Position numbers and translations under genes: made by a program. This document shows, one piece after another, positions 15,295-20,000 of a stretch of 20,000 nucleotides of DNA (within the stretch, counting starts at the first letter, position 1; each line of letters begins with the position of its first letter). The notes beneath the pieces are model-generated. The model was given only the letters and a program-made list of their open reading frames with translations, ran no database searches and was not told the origin of the DNA. The DNA comes from an uncultured virus (IMG/VR IMGVR_UViG_3300026336_000015) (Duplodnaviria > Heunggongvirae > Uroviricota > Caudoviricetes), in the IMG/VR virus record IMGVR_UViG_3300026336_000015, one strand, 5' to 3'.

Positions 15295-16011
15295 TCAGTC
15301 TCCATTTCTGCCATATAGTAATTGAATTTCTGGTAACATTCCTATGTTATGCATTATCGCATTTTCTAATGTCGGTAACAAGTCTTCACGAATAATTAAT
15401 TCTTTGAATCGAATAACAAGGGCTATGGATAATAAATAGGAGATGCTTTGAAAGCCGGAGGTGTATTTCCTTAACATATCTTGACTAAACTCGTTTTGGC
15501 CCGGCAGACAGTTTAACTTGCTGTAATTACCATGTATGTACTCGGAACATTCTCGATACACATTACTTGTAATGCTGTTTAGCTCTGCACTTCGATCTTC
15601 AAATTCTGGAGCATATGCACGGATAAAAGATTTACTAAAGATACCAGTATTGCTGTCAGTGATAGTTGCCCACTTCATGTCTTCATGTCCAGATTTCCAT
15701 CGTCTAAAGTAGAAGTCATTTGAGGACATATGAATACCATATAAACAGTGTTCCAAACATAACCGTAAAGAAATCATTGAATGTTTATACAATCCCTGGC
15801 AGCAAAACAGGTTTGCTGTTGCGCATTCATTCAAAGAGGAAAATAATAGTATTGATTGCGGAATATCTTTGAGACAAGTTACCCATGTCCTAAAGTCATT
15901 CACAAATAGGAAACATTGATTTAAACTTTTTGCCTGGGGAGACCTCCATGTTGCGGATATTTGTGTTTTCATCCCTTCTAAAATTGCAAATTGCTCTTCT
16001 TCGTTATTCAC
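15295..16011 (-). CDS. Helical HEPN-like protein; candidate effector/partner of the ATPase
   Basis: 238 aa; GLYKHSMISLRLCLE and VYRECSEYIHG motifs reminiscent of HEPN-like families; stop 5 nt before the ATPase ATG; GTG start uncertain. Confidence 0.55.
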   Translation of the reverse strand: MNNEEEQFAILEGMKTQISATWRSPQAKSLNQCFLFVNDFRTWVTCLKDIPQSILLFSSLNECATANLFCCQGLYKHSMISLRLCLEHCLYGIHMSSNDFYFRRWKSGHEDMKWATITDSNTGIFSKSFIRAYAPEFEDRSAELNSITSNVYRECSEYIHGNYSKLNCLPGQNEFSQDMLRKYTSGFQSISYLLSIALVIRFKELIIREDLLPTLENAIMHNIGMLPEIQLLYGRNGD

Positions 16012-16573
16012 TATTTACACTTTCCTTCATTAATAATAATCTGTCAAAATTTGAGTCAAATTACTCCTTTGAACTTCGTATAATTGCTGAGCTGATGTGA
16101 AAACACAAAAATTTTCAAGGCAGTGATGCGTTATCCCATAAAAGAACGGAAATTTTAATATGATTGGTGATAATGTTTTACTTTTCATCAGTAAATAGCA
16201 TTAAAATGGAGATTCAAAAAATAAGTACTTTATTTTCACATAGCCTGTGCTATAATTTACATCTGACTAGTAAGTTCATTATGCAAAATTGAAATACTTA
16301 TGGTCCTCAGTGTTTTAGCAAATAGCCGAAAATACTTTACAACAATAAACCATTATTTACATTTTACCACTGGAAATTGTTTCTTTCAACTTTTTATTAT
16401 ATTACGGAGTTTGCATTGGCTGACAGTACCTCGATAAAAGTGGTAGCCAGTGACTTGCCATTTATTGCACCAGTAAAGCACACCGGATATCCGGTTGGGG
16501 CAGTAGATTATTGGAACATTGCAAAGGCAGCCGAAATACGCGAACGTACAAAGATCAAACTCAAATGATAAAT

Positions 16574-16619
16574 GTCTCTGACTTCTCACTCATAAGGTGA
16601 GAGGTCAGGGACGCTTTTT
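16574..16619 (+). terminator. Rho-independent terminator
   Basis: 17-bp stem with three G-U pairs, loop CATAA, followed by GCTTTTT. Confidence 0.75.
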
Positions 16620-16631
16620 GTATGTATATAA

Positions 16632-16663
16632 TTGTAAATTTCACCAAACTGTGATATTATAAT
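16632..16663 (+). promoter_or_regulatory. Putative sigma-A promoter for 16698-18398
   Basis: TTGTAA-17 nt-TATTAT with a TGn extension, plus an overlapping TATAAT at 16658-16663. Confidence 0.5.
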
Positions 16664-16697
16664 TTCAATTACTAATTGTTTTAAGAAGGAAAAGAGA

Positions 16698-17333
16698 ATG
16701 GAAGCTATAATTGCAGCTATAATTGCAGCGGTAGTCTCTTGCACAATAGCCTTAGTTTCGAATCACATAATTGCGCGGGGTCAAAAAATTCAGACAAATG
16801 AATTTTATGTGCAACTCAACAAGCAGCAAGAGCAGTTTGAAACACAGCTCAAAATGCAACAGACACAGCATATTGAATCTATAAGAGAACAAGTACGCCC
16901 GTTCTTTTGCATAAAATCAATTAGGGCGGTATATGAAGATAAATCTCTAGTATTTACAATGGTTTTTAAAAATGTTGGAAACGGAGTGGCGATAAATATT
17001 GTGGAAGTCTACCCATATAAAGAGAAGGTAGGATGTATGTATTCTCATAAATATGGGGACAAAATAATACATTATGATTGTTATTTACCAATCGATTATG
17101 AATCAAACTGTGCACCAATTAATGAAACATGTCAAGTTGAAATTATCCAAAAGGAAAAAACAATTTTTTCAAATATTAATACTGATCAAATTAAATTCGG
17201 ACTGGTTTTTCAAGATATAGAAGGTAATGAATATCAGCAAAAGTTTAGTTTCTATTTTAACGATAAAGCCTGTGATGGAAAAGAAATGAAGTTTTATAGG
17301 GTATATAATTACATACCACAACTACGCCAATGA
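16698..17333 (+). CDS. Hypothetical membrane-anchored protein
   Basis: N-terminal hydrophobic helix, Gln-rich coiled segment, then RPFF...FKNVGNGVAINI beta-rich domain; SD AAGGA; AT-rich. Confidence 0.75.
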   Translation: MEAIIAAIIAAVVSCTIALVSNHIIARGQKIQTNEFYVQLNKQQEQFETQLKMQQTQHIESIREQVRPFFCIKSIRAVYEDKSLVFTMVFKNVGNGVAINIVEVYPYKEKVGCMYSHKYGDKIIHYDCYLPIDYESNCAPINETCQVEIIQKEKTIFSNINTDQIKFGLVFQDIEGNEYQQKFSFYFNDKACDGKEMKFYRVYNYIPQLRQ

Positions 17334-17492
17334 AAGAAAATTTTAAACGTTCCTTTTCACCAATAAGTGGATATTGGTTTACAGTTCCAATCATCATGTA
17401 AATGTCCGTATAGTTCAAGCAAATATTTCTACTTCATAAATTTCGAAACGCGACGGTATACATCATTTGTTTTCATGGTTAGAGGTGTTAAT

Positions 17493-18398
17493 ATGGCCAA
17501 TAGAATTCCCGAATGGAAAGAAGAATATGATGATATTATTTTAAATCATCCAGAGCATATAGGAAAGGCTATAGAATTAAAGAACAAAAATATGCCTCAG
17601 CACTTATATAAATATTATTCAATTAGTAAAGAAAATGACTATTGGAAGAAGCCACTACAAGAAAAATTAATATATCTTTCACGACCACAAGAATTTAATG
17701 ACCCTTATGATTGCTCTATAAAAATCGACAATGACGAAGTAATGAAAAATACGGATAGGTTTGCCTGCGAAAAATTACTCAAAGATTTTGTAAAACATCC
17801 TTCTGCTGTAGAGAAAAACAGAATAAAATTCGCCAATAATCCATTTGAAGCATTAATTACGGATCTAAAGAGACGAGGGACTATTTCTCAAAAAGTTGAC
17901 GAAAAAGAAGTTTCAAAAATTAACAAAGAAAGAGAAATGAATTTTTCGGAATTTTCCAAAGATTATATCAGGGTGGCATGCTTTTGTGAGAAAAATAATC
18001 CTCTCCTAATGTGGAGCCATTATGCACATAATCATGAGGGGTTTTGTATAGACTGCAGTTTCAACGAGCCACTATGTGCAAGCATCTATCCTGTTACATA
18101 TTCAAACATAAGGCGAGATTACACAGAAAGTGTAAAAAGTAGTACAAAAGAATGGACATACGGTAGCTTTTTGTGTAAAGCAGAAGATTGGAGTTATGAA
18201 AGGGAATGGCGTGTGATTTCACCTTATAGGAAAATTCCATATTTCGAAAGTTCGCAATGCATAAGAGCTATTTATTTGGGTGCAAAAATTTCTCAAGAAA
18301 ATGAAGGAAAAATCATGGAACTTTCCGGAGATATTCCAGTTTACAAAATGCAACTTGCCAAGGATACATATAATCTGTATCCAGTAAGAATTAAGTAA
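17493..18398 (+). CDS. DUF2971 domain protein
   Basis: LYKYY, FNDPYDC, CFCE...LMWSHYA..HEGFCI, K..DWSYEREWR and IYLG motifs; SD GAGGTG before ATG 17493. Confidence 0.85.
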   Translation: MANRIPEWKEEYDDIILNHPEHIGKAIELKNKNMPQHLYKYYSISKENDYWKKPLQEKLIYLSRPQEFNDPYDCSIKIDNDEVMKNTDRFACEKLLKDFVKHPSAVEKNRIKFANNPFEALITDLKRRGTISQKVDEKEVSKINKEREMNFSEFSKDYIRVACFCEKNNPLLMWSHYAHNHEGFCIDCSFNEPLCASIYPVTYSNIRRDYTESVKSSTKEWTYGSFLCKAEDWSYEREWRVISPYRKIPYFESSQCIRAIYLGAKISQENEGKIMELSGDIPVYKMQLAKDTYNLYPVRIK

Positions 18399-18480
18399 TT
18401 ACTTGTTAAGTAATTATATTCCGAAATGTGGATTAAAGCAGCGGAAATCGGTTATGCTCTTACACAAGGAGTAAGAGCAT

Positions 18481-18657
18481 ATGATAAAAATTTTACTGTC
18501 CCGCAAGCTGGGCGAGCTTCGCTGGACACAGGCCGACCTTGCGCGAGCGACCGGCATTCGAGCAGCAACCATCAATGCACTGTATAATGAAGTGGCAGAC
18601 CGGGTTAACCTGGACCACCTTAGCAAGATTTGTGAATTAGTGAATATTGTGACCTAA
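18481..18657 (+). CDS. Xre/Cro-C1 HTH regulator, probably C-terminally truncated (58 aa; absent from ORF track)
   Basis: MIKILLSRKLGELRWTQADLARATGIRAATINALYNEVADRVNLDHLSKICELVNIVT*; SD AAGGAG at 18466-18471. Confidence 0.8.
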   Translation: MIKILLSRKLGELRWTQADLARATGIRAATINALYNEVADRVNLDHLSKICELVNIVT

Positions 18658-18790
18658 GGTCCAAATAAAGTTTTACCATTGGAAGCAAAATAGAGAAGTG
18701 AAATATAAATTAAAATTGCTCCTAGCTTTTCACGCGGGTTTCAGGGGCACTTGTCAATTACCTGTTTTTAATTGCATATAAAAGAAACAT

Positions 18791-18837
18791 AAAAACATCC
18801 CTCGCTTTAACCGTTGCCGGAAAAAGTGGGGGATGTT
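18791..18837. terminator. Probable terminator hairpin downstream of the S53 gene
   Basis: Imperfect inverted repeat AACATCCCTCGCTTT/AAAGTGGGGGATGTT with a flanking A-run (U-tract on the minus strand). Confidence 0.5.
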
Positions 18838-18860
18838 AAGTTCTAAAAAGATATGTAAGA

Positions 18861-20000
18861 TTAGAGTAGTGGTAGTAATTTATCCGCTTTTGGGCTACCT
18901 AATCCCGTAACAAAATCGTACCCTTGTGACGCATTGTTCCCATTGGAGCCGGAAACGACATCATAAAATGCATTTTGGGGATTTGTATAAGATGTTCCAC
19001 CTGCCAGTTTATAAAGAACCTGATTTGCACCGCTAAGTGCAGAATAATTATCACCATCCGCAATTAGGCCAGCCCAAGCTGGTGCCGAAAGACTTGTACC
19101 TCCTACTTCGGACCATCCACTTGAACCATTATAATCAATGCTGCTGTAAACAGCTACTCCTGTATTGGGATCGGCATCAAAGGAAACATCCGGTGTTCCA
19201 CGCATTCCATTGCTGGATATTCTCATGTTCGTTTGCCATGCTGGCTCATTGATATACTGACTAATATCACCGCCAGAAAGGTTCCATGCAGTTTCACTTG
19301 TACGATGATTAGAGGAATCCAATTTTAATGTTGTTCCTCCCACTGCAACTACTTTTGAAGAAGTAGCTGGCCAGGATGACTGTGCACCATCATCACCTGC
19401 TGATGCGAGATATACGACCCCAGAGTGTGAAAAATTAGAATCCAGTGAACTTTCTCGCCGTGATTCATTACCACCCCAACTCATTGAAACAACCTGTGCC
19501 GAATGGTTATTGGCATACTGGATAGCATTTAATAAATCTTGTGTTGAAGCAGATTTTGCAGCAATCACTAGCAAATTCGCATCAGGTGCCATAGCATGTG
19601 CCCATTCCACATCCAAGGCCGTTTCCAAGGCCCATCCACCGTCAGTGCTTGTTGGTTTTCCCTGTGGGTATGAAACACTGATATTCTTTGGTGCACTCAA
19701 TCCAAACCTTTGATCAAAGACGTTCAAATCATTTTCGATATTACTGTCCCCATAGGCATCCACGATCGCAATCGTTTCGCCTGCTCCACGCTTAGATTGG
19801 GCATTAACTCCATAAGCGGTACGAAGCTGTTCTGGGGAATATCCATTCACATATGTAGCTGTCGGGCGAGTTTTCACTTTTAGCATGGAATGCATTGTTC
19901 CATCCAAAGTTCCATGTGCATAGCCAGCCGTTGTAGAACCCACTAAAACCGCTACACTTAGAACGAAAGTCGCCAAGGATTTCAGTTGTTTGTTTCTCAA
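18861..20000 (-). CDS. Secreted S53 (sedolisin/kumamolisin) family serine protease
   Basis: Signal-peptide-like N-terminus; ETALDVEW (Glu/Asp), SAGDDG (oxyanion Asp), GGTSLSAP (Ser) and GYDFVTGLGSP Ca-site. The start lies at the window edge, so it is unverified. Confidence 0.9.
   Translation of the reverse strand: MRNKQLKSLATFVLSVAVLVGSTTAGYAHGTLDGTMHSMLKVKTRPTATYVNGYSPEQLRTAYGVNAQSKRGAGETIAIVDAYGDSNIENDLNVFDQRFGLSAPKNISVSYPQGKPTSTDGGWALETALDVEWAHAMAPDANLLVIAAKSASTQDLLNAIQYANNHSAQVVSMSWGGNESRRESSLDSNFSHSGVVYLASAGDDGAQSSWPATSSKVVAVGGTTLKLDSSNHRTSETAWNLSGGDISQYINEPAWQTNMRISSNGMRGTPDVSFDADPNTGVAVYSSIDYNGSSGWSEVGGTSLSAPAWAGLIADGDNYSALSGANQVLYKLAGGTSYTNPQNAFYDVVSGSNGNNASQGYDFVTGLGSPKADKLLPLL

Larger units (their letters stand above)
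1..18657. mobile_element. Prophage (myovirus-type, contractile tail): tail/baseplate, lysis and cargo modules; left part outside window, right boundary approximate
   Basis: Co-oriented tape measure, baseplate J, sheath-initiator-like, fibre, endolysin and holin genes in canonical order, followed by AT-rich cargo and an Xre gene. Head genes and integrase are not visible, so a tailocin or defective element cannot be excluded. Confidence 0.88.

Noticed and set aside
17367..17492. N-terminal extension of the DUF2971 ORF
   Set aside because: There is no SD at GTG 17367, whereas ATG 17493 has a clear GAGGTG SD.
18414..18626. 70-aa reverse ORF
   Set aside because: It is the antisense shadow of the Xre HTH gene on the + strand.
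18861..20000. S53 protease as the leader peptidase of the Cys/rSAM cassette
   Set aside because: It is more than 8 kb away, on the opposite strand, secreted and beyond the apparent prophage junction. Nothing in the sequence links them.

Overview
This window holds the late (tail and lysis) end of a contractile-tailed prophage or phage-like element, probably from an anaerobic Bacillota/Clostridia host. An AT-rich cargo region follows, and then what is probably host chromosome. The + strand from 1 to 12801 carries the tape-measure C-terminus, baseplate genes (Dit/LysM, plug, hub, spike, sheath initiator, J, I-like), two short tail-fibre/collar genes, a GH25 endolysin and two holins. A reverse-strand yefM-yoeB toxin-antitoxin moron is inserted inside the baseplate operon. 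The standout lies between the fibre genes and the lysin, where a long receptor-binding fibre would normally sit. It is a tightly packed cassette of a 235-aa protein with 32 Cys in CxxC/CxxxC repeats, a small CXXX-system accessory protein, a radical SAM/SPASM maturase and one unknown gene. This suggests RiPP-type post-translational modification of a virion tail component (inference). The cargo (12.9-18.7 kb) holds a C3/VIP2-like ADP-ribosyltransferase with an in-frame amber stop, a HEPN-like plus P-loop ATPase (alpha-CTD-like tail) pair, a membrane-anchored protein, a DUF2971 gene and a truncated Xre/Cro gene. A secreted S53 protease ends the window. No integrase, att site, rRNA, tRNA or CRISPR array was seen. 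Family assignments come from motif recognition and synteny, not from database searches.
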